Assembly (NCBI GenBank): GCA_012295275.1
Contig: CM022670.1
Coordinates: forward strand, 29,264,001 to 29,328,000
Length of the DNA stretch: 64,000 nt
DNA from: Chrysomallon squamiferum
Lineage: Eukaryota; Animalia; Mollusca
Direction: 5' to 3'
Shown here: positions 44,501 through 59,063 of the stretch, in pieces
Layout: the number at the start of each line of letters is the position of its first letter
How positions within the stretch are numbered: the stretch's first letter is position 1
Translations under genes and position numbers: made by a program
The notes under the pieces: model-generated
What the model saw: the letters and a program-made list of their open reading frames with translations, nothing else
What the model was told of the DNA's origin: nothing
Databases searched by the model: none

Positions 44501-47144
44501 AAAAAGCTTTAGATAAATAGTATTTTTAAATTCTTTCAACTTTTTTAATGCTGTGTAATATTTTGTCTAATATCAGATGTTAGATCTACACTAAACTTAA
44601 GAAGCAGGAACAGAAAGTGTATTTACTAGAGTCATTCCTTGTGTCTACCAGGAAAACATCCAGTCAAGTAAATCAGACATCAATCCTTGTTAATGGTTAG
44701 TTATCATGGGATGTGTGCACAGTATGTTTAAAATTACCAAATCTATTAATGGTTATATCCCTGCAGAAAATTACTAGTAAATAAGAGTTTTATTTGAACT
44801 CTTACCTGGACCAAGAATGAAACCAATAGTTTGGAAAATACTGACATTAGCCATTGCACCAGTCCTTTCCCTGACTGTAGTAGCACCTGATATGTATGAG
44901 CGAACCACTGCCACATTACCTGATGAAATAACCATTTCAATACACTGGAAATCATTGTTCATTACCTACCATATAAACTTTCCATAGAAAAAAAATGGAA
45001 AAGAACTCTTACAATGTTTGGTTGTTCCATTAGTTAATGTGGAACTGAATTTCCATGAACTAAAAATAAATAAAATGGATAGTTAAAAATAATATTAGCT
45101 GGCTTTTTAAAAAATAAGTTGTGAAATTTTTTTAGTTTTGTTATAATTAATATTACATATTAATTTTCATTTTCAGTACAAAAGATTTTACAAACTGTTT
45201 TCATGGTAGCTTTTGTAATTTTGGTAAGTTTACCTGCACCAAAACCAATAAGACCTCTTGCCAAGATAAGGTAAAACTTGCGGTAATTTGGAAAACTTTC
45301 CATGTACGTATACAAGACATTGGACAGAAGTTCTATCACTAAGGAAACGGCCAGTGGGATACGACTTTTCTTCTGACAATTGGCCCAATATCCAAACATT
45401 GGAGATGCCACAAGTTGACCAACACTGTATGCTGCCACAACCCAACCAAGAAAATCAGTGGAGGCATCTGAATCAAGCTAATAACAATAAGAACAACAAC
45501 TACAGCAACTGCAATCTCTTCAGTACTGTTATGTACTGTTATGTATTTACTGAAATTTAAATAAGAAAATAAGTAAACATTCTGGGTTTTTTGTTTTTTT
45601 TCAAACTAATTTGGAACCAAACTGATGTAATAAATTTTACAATTGATATAACATTTGCATAAATAAAAAATAAAAATAAAAACAATGCATTTCTGCTGAT
45701 TAATATTCAATTACAACTTTAATTTAAAGCAATAAAATATATTAAACATTATCAGTATTTGTCAGTAAACAATGTAATAATTCAAACTAAAGCATAATTA
45801 AGTTCATATTAATTTAAAAACTTGTATTTAATGCTATTTATAATTTATAAATCAGTTTCAGAATCTTGTTGACAATATACCAAACATAACAGGTTCTAAT
45901 TTTTTATCAAATGGATTTGAATTTTGTTCTAGATTTCAAATTTGTTACTGTCTGTTACCAGATGGAGGAATGGCCAAATTGAAGTCATTGTGATGCTGAA
46001 CGTCACACTGCTGAGAAACATGGTCAGGTACATCACCTTGATAGATCTCCATCGATTTCTGTAGGTGTCTGGATCCTCTGCAACTTCTGGTCTAGACACA
46101 TTCCTATACTCACAAACTGGACTAGAACAAATATAAATATCTGTGGATATTTAGCTCATATATAATTTCTTTATTAAAAGGTTACCTATATTTATTTGTT
46201 CACCCTCTCTTCCTGCCACAAGTATTTGATTAACACTAACATGATGACACAGATGTGAAACAGTTGTTTATGTAATATATAATAAAGTTAAGGAATCCAT
46301 CTTTATTTGATGTACGCCATTTATAACACAAATAGATTTATCCTGAGAGTTCTATAAATAACTTACTTGGGTAACCTTGCTTCAAAGAAAAAATATTCCA
46401 CGAAATTATTTGTTAAATATAGGAATCTTGGAACCAATTATGTAAGACAGCAATTACAAAAGTATTTCAATTAAAAGATATAATTATGTACATCTGCTGG
46501 TGTACCATACAAAAAAACAAAAAAAAACAAAATAAATAAAATATAAAAATAAAAATCATTTCACCAACTTCCCCTGAATCTGGGTAAAATGAAGGAATAA
46601 GCAGTTTTACTGAAATACAAAATATATGATGTAATATTTTTGTTTGTCAATATTTGTTTAACCTAAGACCCCATCAAAATTAATATTATTTGATGAACTC
46701 AGTTAACTTAAAAATAATATTTCTTTAAATATATGAAATTTTTAAGTCAATTTAAGTATATATTAACACATTTTATAAGGGGAATTAATATTTCCCCTTC
46801 AGTGTATAAGAATCTGTTACGCAATTTTTTCAGTTTATCTTCAGAAGTTGACCATATGCAAAAGTATATTTTTGCCTGAAATATAATCTGTCAGCTCAAT
46901 ATGATCTCACATAATCATTATACACCCATGACATGTTGACCACTAATAACAGTTATTAATTACATTGTTAACTATTCACTGATTCATTTGCTGCCAATAG
47001 AAATGAGTTATATCAATCAACTACATGGTATTTTCTATATGCACCTTTCCACAGTCTGCAGAACACAACATAAACAATCTGAGGAAGACTGATTCTACAT
47101 CCAGTCAAGGAATCCATTTCAATAAATTCTTCTTCTTCTTCAAC

Positions 47145-47182
<38 letters not shown>

Positions 47183-48228
47183 AGCAAACTTTGGATTAAA
47201 GTTACCTTATTCATTTCTGTTAGGATATATCTACTTAACTTCCACTACAGCAGCCAAACTTTTTTCCAGTAAAAATAAATAATAATCTTCAAGTGGATTA
47301 TTTCTGCTTCCAACATAACAAACACTGTAGTTAGCTTGTTATTTTGCGCCTCTTGGTTTTATCTTTGTACTGATATTACAAAATCAAGTTTAATATTAGT
47401 ACGTAATACAAAAATTGGATTAATTATATCAATGTTAATCTCTCTATCTCTCAACATATATATATATATATATACCTGTTTAGCAAATGTTGTTTTTCAG
47501 ATGTGTTTTCACTTTTCTTAAAAATAGGCATCTCAAAAATTTCCTTACAACGTAATTTAAATAAATAAATATAAATAATATATAAATATATATATTATGG
47601 TTGCTTCATATCATGTGACAAAATGGTGGTAGATGGATGATATATAAACAGTGTTAATCAAAGGACAAGTATTCGTTCACTAGCACAAATCTTTGGCCTT
47701 TATTATCTGTGATTAGATTAAACTGATTAATGATTAGCTGGCTCAATCATAAACAATTATAATAACAACTTATCATATTACTTAATGCAGCAGTATTTCG
47801 TTAATTATTTAATGAGTTAAAGAATAAATAAATGAATGAATGAATAAAAAATGATGTGCACTGTAATACAATGTATGAGTTACTTTGGTTTTAAATCTCC
47901 TTTTTTAATTTGTTCAGTTATTATTAAAATTTAGCTGAATTCATTCAGTCGTTCCCTCTCTTCCTTCCAGACACTTTTAAATTTTCTTTGTTATATTCTT
48001 TCTGTCACGATGATCAAATTTCATACTGACCCTCTTCATTTGCCTCATCATTAATTCATTAATTTATTTTTATTTTATTTTTATTTTATTATAAGAAGGA
48101 AAACAAGAAATTGGAAGAAACGGTTTATAAATACCACGATACTGAAGACCTTTCTTCAAAGCTATAAAAAAAAAGTAAATGAAAAAGTAAATGAATTCTT
48201 ACTTGATATAGTAAACTGCTGAAGGCAT
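40032..48228 (-). CDS. MFSD8: Major facilitator superfamily domain-containing protein 8 (CLN7); first coding exon tentative
   Basis: Exons 48228-48203 (tentative, MPSAVYYIN), 46121-45959, 45477-45234, 44919-44806, 44188-43991, 43658-43556, 43179-43045, 42459-42356, 41131-40761, 40247-40032. Motifs [50 protein letters not shown]...ERTGAMA...[35 protein letters not shown] match MFSD8. Confidence 0.95.
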
Positions 48229-49404
48229 TTCAACAGTCGTTTACTCTTTTTTTTTTTTTTTTTTTTTTTATCACTTCTGTCCACGGCTTAATATTTCAAA
48301 ACTTAATAATAAACTCATCTTTACTAAATTAAATTTACTAACTGATGTAATAATTTTTTTTTTTTTTCTTTCAAGCTAAATACGAAAACCTCTTTAACCT
48401 ATCAACTACTGATTTGTTACTTTTTTCTTTACTCACGGCTTATCAGTTTGGAAATCCTGCAAAGCATTTCAGTTTTTGTCACTGTCAAACACTCCGTTAT
48501 GTTAGGTGTGGCTCAGGAAACAGTTACGTAGGACAGGATTCCAAAGTTGCCGAGTACCACATCTCCATGTAGGTAAATAACTAAAGGATAAAACGTTTTG
48601 ACACAAACAGGCAGACATATACACAAAATCTTATCGCTTATAAATAACAACAACAACAACAACAATAAATCAAATTTAAAATTAAAAAGAAAATGAAAAA
48701 AAATGAAAGACAAATGTTGCGATAGGTAAGTTTTTAATAATGATTTCTTTGTTTTCTATATTTATTATTATTAGTTTTCATGTTTTACGAAATATACTGA
48801 GTAACTAAATACAACACATTTAATATTAATGGCTATCGGTAATGTATGTATATAACGCAATCGAGATTGAAATCCAGATCTCTCTCGCTCGCACGCACAC
48901 ACGCACACACGCACACAGAGTTCTGCAGACGGGTTCTAAGCACATGCATATAATATAGCTTTTCATAAAGTTCATTCAGACTATTATCTGAAGGAACGGG
49001 AAACAATACAGAATACAGCCTATAAGGACAGTACAACCCATTTTCTTTCAAAATGAGAACAAAACACTATTATTCACTGGTTACAGCCCAGGATGAATCG
49101 TACGAACAATCCAACTCGGTGCGCCGGCTGTTTGAATACAAACAATACATTTTTAACTTCCCTATTATTAACTTCCCTTTTTTTTTTTCTTTTTTTAAAG
49201 AATTAGGATTATTAAATAACGTGATTGCTGCCAAATACCGTATTAACAAATGACACTACTCATAAATTCTGTTAGTATAAATTTTATTCCTAATACAATT
49301 TTTTTATATTTTTATTATTTTTTGTCAAATATTATATTTTGCATCAAAAAAGTTATGCTACACTGAATAGTATGTTCTTTCAATAGTTTCATAAATGTTC
49401 TTCT

Positions 49405-51337
49405 TTAACGTTTTTTCTTTCCAGTTTTTGATCTATTTCCGTGTTCCTCACTGAGAGAAGGAGTTATTTGATTCCACAACACTGCCATTGTTGCAAAAGG
49501 CATAATTATCCATATTATGTTAGGTAACGTAACTATGACAAGTTCCTCCATGAAACTATTGCCCTCTCTGTAATTACTTCCTTCACAGAACTCTAGAAAC
49601 ATGAGAAAGTACTGGACAGTCTTCCAAAAAGTCATAATGCTCACAGCGTACGTCAGAGGAATAACCAAACGGTTACGCCTGAAGTGCTGTAATAAATAAA
49701 ATGTCCATAGCTATAACTGAGAACAAAGACAGAAGCATAATGAGAGACTAAATATTTGGAATTGGTAATATTTCACACTTTTTCGTCGTTGCATTTTCTT
49801 TAGGTCTTTTGACAATAATACAAATATTACACACACACACTTTATTATTAAAAAAAATATGCAAAAGCTCATGAAGTACTGTTTGTCAATATTATTAAAA
49901 ATCAGTTTGTTTACCAACACAATTCACTTACAAGAATGTTCGAGCCAAACTATGGAGTTTATATTTTCACATTTGTTTGGATGGATGGATGGATGGAGAG
50001 AGAGAATGTAAAGGTTATGGTCTCAGCAGTTTTGAAATAAATGTTCACATTAGACTGAGCTACAAAACAGTTTTAGGCTTTAACTTAAATGCATTTGCTA
50101 ATATTATAAATATTCAAGCATTTGTAAATAAACATCTATTTGGAAAATGTTACTATAATTGCTAATAAACTTACCAAGACTAAAGCAACGAAATTTAGAA
50201 ACACTTCAATTAGATTCATTCTGAAATGATAAAGGTAATTTATAGCCTCATTAACAAAAAGTCAACGCACATTTGCGTGCACTTTCACACTGTACCCCAC
50301 ATCTCTCTCTCTCTCTCACGCACACATACATACTCATACACAAAGAAAGAAAAATAAATAAAATAAAATAAAACCATCCTCACTTAGGAGAAAATAAACA
50401 ACGACAGCAGTGCCCAATATAAAATCCATTTATTTTAATAAACTATCGAGTAATTTGATAATAACAATAAATGAATTAATTAATAATAATAAAAAATAAA
50501 TTTGTTCTGACTTTACCTGTTCAACCTGTCATATTTTACTAAGAACTATGTAAAGATAAAAATAAACATTGCTGTCCCAATACTTACAAGGTCGTTGTAT
50601 AAACATAATTGTCTTTAAGATCTTGATATCTTTTATCCACACTAATGTAATATTTATCTGAAAATATAAAACTAATACATTTAATAAAAGATAAAAAAAA
50701 AACCCCAGAAAACATTATTATGTATATGCAATTTTTAGATAATAATATAATTTATACGTATTAATGGAAAAAATCCTGTATGCCACGATTCTCGTTTATC
50801 GCCCTAAATACTATTATTTGTAATTAAATATATATAAATTTACTTCGTTTTATCACCCACCCCCCGTCGCCATTCGCCAAAGTTTCGGACAACCCCCACT
50901 ATGCAAATTTAAATTTACTCGATAAGCCGGTCTTGTCTACGATCATCAAATGTATATAAATGATGTCACGCAAACCAAGTTTCATTTTGTTTCGTATTTC
51001 ATGAATCAAATATGTATTTAGTAATATGAATAAAAATGTTGCTGAACTCTGTAAAGAAATGTTCCCACGCTCTTCCCTTCATCGTGCTTTGTTTTGCAAA
51101 ACAACATGCGATCTCACTTTGACTTCCCGTAAATCACAAAACTGCACGATGGATGCTGTAAATATGGGTACATAATCTAGGTGTCGGAAGACAGGTCCAA
51201 AATGTTTTAAATTTCATTGGTACCTTTCTGGAAGCCAGACTTTATAAATGTATTAAATATCGTTTCAAGTATCATGCAGAACACGACGTAAAAAATAAAA
51301 AAAAAAAAAAAAAAAAAAATTCTGGTCAGTAAACAAA

Positions 51338-51397
<60 letters not shown>

Positions 51398-51917
51398 TAC
51401 TACAACTACTTCAAGATTATTGGTACCATAGCAGTAGTTATAGTAGTAATACTACTAAATAATAATGCTTTCGGTATGACTGTTTGCAAAACTTAGAAAT
51501 GTTATTATTTACTATATATCAAATATTCATATTCATATTGCTTAAAAAAGCCGAATATCTAACGGTGGGTAAATTCACTGCGGTAAATTAAATTTTCAAA
51601 TATTTGTTATTTTTTTACAGTCTTTAAATTTTTACTTAATATAATCCACGCGAAATATTGCTTGACACAAAGAACACACGAAAACAATCTAAAAAAAAAA
51701 AACCCCACAAAGAATTCACGAAGGCCATATAATGATATATCAACGCGTACCACATACTTCTGTAATCATACTTACAAAGAAACCAGTATATGCTGTATTT
51801 TCCACCAGGTAGAGAATGAGGCCGTAGTAGTATGAAGAGGCCATCGTATATACAGACAAACGATGTGACGAAGAGCCATCCCACGACCCATGTGGGCAGT
51901 TTGTTTATCACCGCCAT
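49405..51917 (-). CDS. Small multi-pass EXPERA/emopamil-binding-like membrane protein with C-terminal KKxx ER-retrieval signal
   Basis: Exons 51917-51776, 50657-50588, 50220-50175, 49686-49405 join in frame: MAVINKLPTWVVGWLFVTSFVCIYDGLFILLRPHSLPGGKYSIYWFLYKYYISVDKRYQDLKDNYVYTTTLMNLIEVFLNFVALVLHFRRNRLVIPLTYAVSIMTFWKTVQYF...LPNIIWIIMP...GKKKR*. The D..F.LLRP, Y..VD.RY, N..E, T..KT..Y and PN..W...P motifs are typical of EBP/EXPERA proteins. Confidence 0.85.
51341..51396. repeat. (ATT)n microsatellite
   Basis: Perfect trinucleotide run in intron 1 of the EXPERA-like gene. Confidence 0.9.
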
Positions 51918-51974
51918 CGTGTTTCGTTGCAAGAACGTCGTGGAGAGGTAACGCTCGTTGATTACAGTCAGACC

Positions 51975-51982
51975 TATTTATA
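51975..51982 (-). promoter_or_regulatory. TATA box of the EXPERA-like gene
   Basis: TATAAATA on the minus strand, about 60 nt upstream of the ATG, in a locally GC-richer context. Confidence 0.55.
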
Positions 51983-54900
51983 ACGTCTACTCGGCTGGGG
52001 CAAAATAAAAATAAAAAAGTAATAATAAATAAAAATAATATATATAATATATCAATAATAAAAAAATAATAACAACAACAATAAATAAATAAACAAATAA
52101 ATAAAGTAAAATAAATACAAAATATTATGTTTGTTTCTCAAACATTAATCCATCAGTTCAAGGCAGCATGGTTCCCTTGCCTCAGACATGCAGAATAGTA
52201 TCGATACTTAAGTTAAAACAAAGTATATAGGCTTTTTGAGATCGTGGAATAATGTTTGAAATAAACATAATACTTATGGTTATTTTAAGATATCTTTACT
52301 ACTCAAGTTATAATAAACCTATTTTTGACTTTATTATACTGATGGTGTTTTGTTCACTGTGAAAAAAAACTTAAGTTTTTACAAATTAATCTTAAATAAA
52401 TCATAGAAGTAATTAAAGACAGTTCGCATTTTATATACACCCAGCTTACATCAGGAAACACCATTAACATCATTAACATCAGGAAACACCGACTTGCTAA
52501 AAGATTAAACTTTATTTCTATTATTAGGTTAGCTAGTAAATGATTATATTTGAAATAAATAAATAAATATAAAAGTGCAGTAATGGACATTTTATGGCCA
52601 GTTTCGGTCCGATTCATTATTTTCATGCACTGTTCGGCACAGTGTAAGTACCAGCACATAGTCACCTAGCTGTAACGACCTGATATATAGTATCAAGGGT
52701 ACCAACAAAAAATAATTTTCTTTAGTATCACGCCAGGTTGATTAAGTTTGATGTTTTAAAAATAACTACGTAGAAAAATAAGTAAAAAAATAATCCAATA
52801 TGCACATGACATTGAAATTATACAAGATCGGGTAACTTAACTATGTATTTCCATTATACTGTTTCGTCCGAAGACGTGGATTTAGAATCGCATATTCGAT
52901 AATGTTCTAATCGAATCGAATTTCGAATCTTAAATAGCTTTAAGAATAATAAAGTGCATCAGATGCAGGAATATTTGTAATGGAAATTAGAAAGACGATA
53001 TAAATGGGTGTCCTATTGTGATTAACGTGTTTAGGCCTAGACAAGTTTGAAGTTTAAATGAGAACAATTAAGTGATTAGCAATTAAAAGGTACGTATGAT
53101 AATAGCTTTATTTGGTAAGGTATTTACATGAACTTCTTTTTAATGTGTAAGGGCTCTTTTTTATTATTATTATTATTACAAAAAATTATGTATTTGTGTT
53201 TTATTTTGATTCTTCTTTATTAATGTGAACAATTGGCCAGATAGTTTGTCTTTTTGTTGTCAGTTGTCCGATCATTGCAATACATAAAAATCGATCGAAT
53301 ACTCGAATCTTCGCGTGACCATAATTTCAGCGAGTGGCAGTTTACCAGGAGCAGTATAACTAGGTTTCACTGTAATGTGCTTGGGCCACTTCGCAGCTCG
53401 GTTTGCCTGACCTGGGTAGTTGGATGTTTTTATTATTTGTGTGTGTGTGTGTGTAATTCTTTAATTTTTTAAAAAAAGTTTTAGTTGTTACTGTTGTATT
53501 TTCTTACTTCTATAACTTTTTCCCCTCTCCCAGCGAATAAAACGTCCATTTACAACAAACAACTTCATCGAGAACACACTTAATTGTAATGGTGACGCTT
53601 AACTGCTCTCGAATTGTTGATACCAAAAAAAAAAAAAAAAAAAAATCAGTTATCTGTGAATACAGTAGTTGGTCTGTTTGAAGTTTTGTAAGGCCAGACC
53701 AGTGCTATCGATAAACAAAGATATTGGCTTGAGATCAATACTTTTAAATATTACACATGGAAATTAATTAAGATGAAGACCTCTGCATGGACTATGTTAT
53801 GAATAATACGGCATGAAGGTATATAAAAAGAACGAATAACACTGTCCTCCTATATCAAATGTAAGCAGAAAATCATTTGCCAGTATCATCACCTACTTTT
53901 TACTTAGTTTATATTTAAGCCTTCCAAACCATATAGTAAAGCAGGAAATTAGTATTTCTGGGGTCGGGTTTGTCAAATAGTGATACAATCATGAAAAACT
54001 TCAGCGAATAATTATAACCCAGTTATCTTTTTCCTGTTTTTTTTTTTTTTTTTTTTTAATTTAACAAATAATAATAAAACTGAAGCCACTGATAATTTAA
54101 AAATAGCGACCATTTTGTCTCGTCTTATATTTAGAAATGTACAATCATTTCATGACTTAGATATGTAAATTTCATCATGACAGTCACTCTAGAGATGACA
54201 TTTGTCCGGTTCAAAAGATTTTAATAGCCTTTCATATGATTCAAAATAAAAATTACTCGACCTTATTATTCTAAACTGAAAGTTGGTAATTTACTTATTA
54301 GCACTATTTATTAATGTCTTTACTTATATTGTGAAAATAAAGTTTAATGATACCGAACCCACGTAACAGACATGCTATCATCTGTTTAATATCGTTCTCA
54401 TTGTCTGTATTTGAACTCTATAATGTGTGCTAGTCTTATATCCCGAAAGATTAACTGCATTCTTCACTCAGGTGTGACAAACCTGGTGTTCGACGTTTCT
54501 TTTATGTAATGTTTACTTGTTTATAATCATGCATTACGTTTTCGTATTTAATGGATGTTAATGTCGATTTTTGCATGTTTGAAACAGAAATAATACGAAT
54601 AATATTAATAAATAAATAGATATTAAAAAAAGAGGTTTTACTGGGTTAGTAAAGCATACGTGTTGTCAACTCTGCTTGTTACTGATGAGTATTTGCTTGT
54701 TACAATATATGCTATTTTATTTCTGATTATTTTGGAATGCGTGCGTGTAAATGATTTTGAATTCTTGATTATTTATGATATACTTTAAGCACTCCATTTT
54801 CCAGATAACTAAACATGTAACACTGTAACTAACTAATTACATGTTAGGTATTTTTACACGTACAGAAGCACTGGAAAATTACACTGATAATAATAATAAT

Positions 54901-55014
54901 TTACATATTAGCTTTCTGAACATTTCTATAATGGTCAAGGCCATATTCAGTTTAAAAAAAAAAATACAAAAAAAAAAACAACTACACCTCCTTTAATAAA
55001 ACTGACTTGTAATA

Positions 55015-55046
<32 letters not shown>

Positions 55047-55639
55047 CTATTTTCGCCGAGATGTTACCTGCACAATAACTAAACTCATGTGAAAACTCGA
55101 CAGGCACGATCTAGTGTTTGAAGAAGATTTAACACTCTGTGTTGGGAAACAACGTCGCTTATTACTACTGGTTCGGTAAAACATCGACTGGCACACATCG
55201 TTTGCTTTTTATTAAATAGTAGTGATGAAGGTTCGTCTAGTTTATTAACTTTAATGTAATATACTTTTGTTTCGTGAATTTTCTTCTTCTTATTATTATT
55301 ATTTCTCAATTTTATTGGTTAAGGGGCTTGTAGGTTTTGCTTCTAATGTTTCGTCCAAAGTTAATAAATTTTCACTGATGTTACAAATTATTTGCTAAAT
55401 GCATTCTACTAACAGTGTAAATGGTGTTCATAAAAAAGGTTTGCCTATTTTGCTGCATCGGTTGTTAAATCAAGATTCATTTCGAATATAACTATTGTTC
55501 CAATCATACTATCTAGGAAAATCTATTTTATTTAAAGACGCACTCACAATATTATTAATCTACGGCTTTGTGACATGATGCATATCAAGGATCATAAGAG
55601 AGTATAAAGATAATGAGAAAATGACACTTCCAGTAACAA

Positions 55640-55885
55640 ATAATCTTTTGTATATGCAATCGTTCCATAAACAGGATTCAGCCAGTGGTATACCAGCTTT
55701 TGCTGATATGTCACTTCAATAACAACTCTTATTAGTTAGCTAACAGGGATCTTTTGTACGCACAATCTCAGGGAAGCACCTGCAATGGATTTTGATCAAA
55801 TTAACAGATTTGATGCTGTGGCAGGAAAGGGAAACAATCTAATGGGAATACCAAGAAAAACTGAATCAAATCAGGGCACCAGACC
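55640..55885 (+). mobile_element. Degenerate interspersed repeat (SINE-like) remnant
   Basis: CAGGGATCTTTTGTACGCACAATC...AGCAC...GGCAGGAAAGGGAAACAATCTAATGGG resembles a recalled gastropod interspersed repeat (AAGGGATCTTTTATATGCACCATCCCAC...GGCTGGAACGAGAAATAGCCCAATGGG). Related fragments at about 56700-56800 and 57000-57060. Confidence 0.35.
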
Positions 55886-57341
55886 ATTCTGTGTTACATC
55901 TTAACAAATGCGTGACGCCGCCGGATACGTGAAGGATCGTACGGAATATCGTGTAATCATGTTATTGTATTCTTGGTTTGATATTGTATTGTACACTGTT
56001 AAAACGTTGTACAGTGTGTGCGTGACGTGGACGTGTCGCATTTGTCCACAGACGAACACTTGCATGATTTAGTAGATTTTTAACAGAAATGTCGTGTTTG
56101 TCCGAGGTCTGCCTGCCACTCACACTGTTAATTATGGACTCAGGAGACCAAAGTTCAACGTTTCACAAGTATAACTCTACAATGCATTGAGAAGATTTAA
56201 TGACATCTCTTGGCTGCCACATCTTTTTTTCGAAAAGATTGAATTTCACTGTGACGTTTTGGGGAAAAACCTTTCAGATTATCTTACACGTAAAAACTAT
56301 ATTTTTACATAGCATTCATTTAACTCTAAATTTTATATTAATCATAAATTTATCTATATAATTAATTTCACGACTAAAATATATGATGCATGTTTCGTGT
56401 TAGGCTATTTTTAAATACACATTCGTTCCTTCAGTTCTAGAGAATTGCTTATTTATTTATTTATTTATTTAACTGATGTTATTGTTATTTCACATTTTTA
56501 AGATTTACACTTAATTGTTATTTTATTCGCGTTGATTTAACTAACTTAGTTTAATCACTAGCGCCATAATAAATGATAATTAATAATCGACTGACACCGA
56601 TATTACTTAAAATTTACCTGTTTAACCTTGAAATAACATCAACATCAACAATTTGAAAAGAAGTAAACCATTAAAAATGTTCAAGCTTTTAATAACCAGC
56701 GGTTTGACAATGACTGGAACGGGAAATAAATGAACAGGCATCTTGTGGAGTTTTGCTTGGACGGCCTATCACATCTCAAACCAGAGCTGTAATCACAAAG
56801 TGTACAAACCGTTCCCACAAAGCACGGGTTCACCTCAGTGCATACAGGACAAATCTCCATCTACCGTAACCAAACAGTTTAACCACAACAAAGACCATTT
56901 GAACCACAGGAAAAGGTATACGAATTCAACTGATATAATTAATTTATTGATTATAGAAAGAGGAACACAACCTACGGGTTTGATAATATTTTTACTGGGT
57001 ACTGGATGAAACGAGAAGTTGGGCTCTGGGAGCAGTGGCAAAGAATGGATCTACGACTCGTCGAATATACGACAGGTCGACACAGTAACCACAGCTAGAG
57101 TTTTATTCCACTCCTGGTTTGCACCTGTTCACCTCACGTAGACAAACCACCGTGACGAAACCGTTTACCCTTCCGCCACAACAAAGACTATTTCCACCAC
57201 AATAACAGGTAAATGAAATCAACTGGATAATTATTTTTTACCTCCTAGCGACTGAATACTCTGGAGACCTGACAGTATATACTGGTGTACTTTAATCAGA
57301 AATTATTTATATCGTATGCGTATCTTAATGCTATATTATTA

Positions 57342-57412
<71 letters not shown>

Positions 57413-57752
57413 AAATAAATAAAAAATGTTTTTTTTAAATAAATAAATATTTTTATTTATGTAAGTTACTTCCACCCACACAGTGATGACTCATGCTTTT
57501 CTAAACACTTGATCCGCCATTGTATGCTCATTTCGTTAGCATATATCACATTTAGTTATCACTGTCACAGCTTATCAACAGAAAGAATATTTAAACTATA
57601 AACTATAAAGATAAACATAGGAAAGAGAGAAAACAACAACAACAACACATTAAATATCTTATGAAAGTCGTATTAAATATACATCAAGTTAAATATTTTA
57701 TATTTATTTTCATAAAAATGTGAACAAGTCAATTAATAAATTAATTCATTGA

Positions 57753-57796
<44 letters not shown>

Positions 57797-58539
57797 ACCT
57801 GTTAAATTCCATTCATTGATTCATATGGCTTATTTAAAAAAAAAAAAAACCCACATTCATCACGTTAAAAATGTAAAGCACGCCATGATACTATTGTTTT
57901 CTGATAGGTAAACACATATCACTAAAGGAGACAGACTCCCATTTTCACCTTTAAAGTAAACAAAATCTTTCTTTATAGAATTTTGTTTATACTGTAATAT
58001 TATATAAAAAAAATCGGCCACCCTGTAGATCTAATGCCCAATACTGTACATCATGCAACTACAACCCCATCAGCCTTTTAATCATTTCCTTTACTTAATA
58101 TCCCTTATAAAAATCAAATCAAATATGCAAGCATATATTTATAATTTATGCATTACGTATGACTGTAGTCAATTATAAACATATTTTATTATATTCAAAT
58201 ACATGTATTTGTTTATGTTGCCCATTTAGAAAAGTCAGTACATGTGTTCATTTCAAGATAAACACACTGGATGAATGAAACTTATTTATTTCCAACTAAC
58301 TTATTTATTTTCTATTATATAAAAAGAAAAAGAAAAAAGTGAAATGTTTCATTACTCCTGTGCATTATCGTCAGTACTTGAATGTTCCAAAATTATTTGG
58401 ATTATAATTTAAGCAGTTGTGTTTTATGAAGTAAAGTCATAGTGAAAGAACGTGCGTGTATCATGATCATTCATAGCATGTTGGGAAAATCCGCTCGAAA
58501 ATATTCGGAAACATTATTACAAATCGGTTTCCTTTTATC

Positions 58540-59063
58540 CTGTGGGCGTGGCTTATTGGTCAATAAATCGGAATGTAAACAAAAGGTAGTACCAGTTTCT
58601 TTGACACATACAACAAATTATAATATTTTGGCAAGTATGATTAATTGAGAAAATAAAATAAACATATAATAAAAACACTACAAATTAACTTGTTTTATAA
58701 GTAAATAAACAGTTTTTGATGTTTTAATAAAGAAGGTTGGCGGCCTATATGCGTACGAATACTTGACTTTCATGGGTCAAAGGCAACCAACCAACAAAGA
58801 GGTCATTCTTAGGTGAAAACCAGTTTAGTTCAATGGCTGTGCAGTCAGTGTTCAGTAGGGAGATGGGAAGATAGGAATTTCTCGTTTTCTTCATTCGAAT
58901 ATGGACATTTAAAGGTCAGTATACTTTATTATATACGTAATGGATGTAACAGTAAAATATTATACCAAAATCTGAAACCTCTAGCTGTAGCTGAGGCGGA
59001 ACATCTCGCTTCTTTTCAAGCTGCTTTGGTTTCACCCGCATTTGTTCCCGTTACACAGTAAGT
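58540..59063 (+). promoter_or_regulatory. Candidate promoter and non-coding first exon of the gene at the right edge
   Basis: CpG-richer island with GC box GGGCGTGG (58544), inverted CCAAT (58555), Inr-like TCAGT (about 58845) and a consensus donor CA|GTAAGT at 59058. Confidence 0.35.

Noticed and set aside
50850-51240. Octamer ATGCAAAT plus CpG-rich patch as an snRNA gene
   Set aside because: No recognisable snRNA body, Sm site with 3' hairpin, or 3' box; more likely an intronic enhancer
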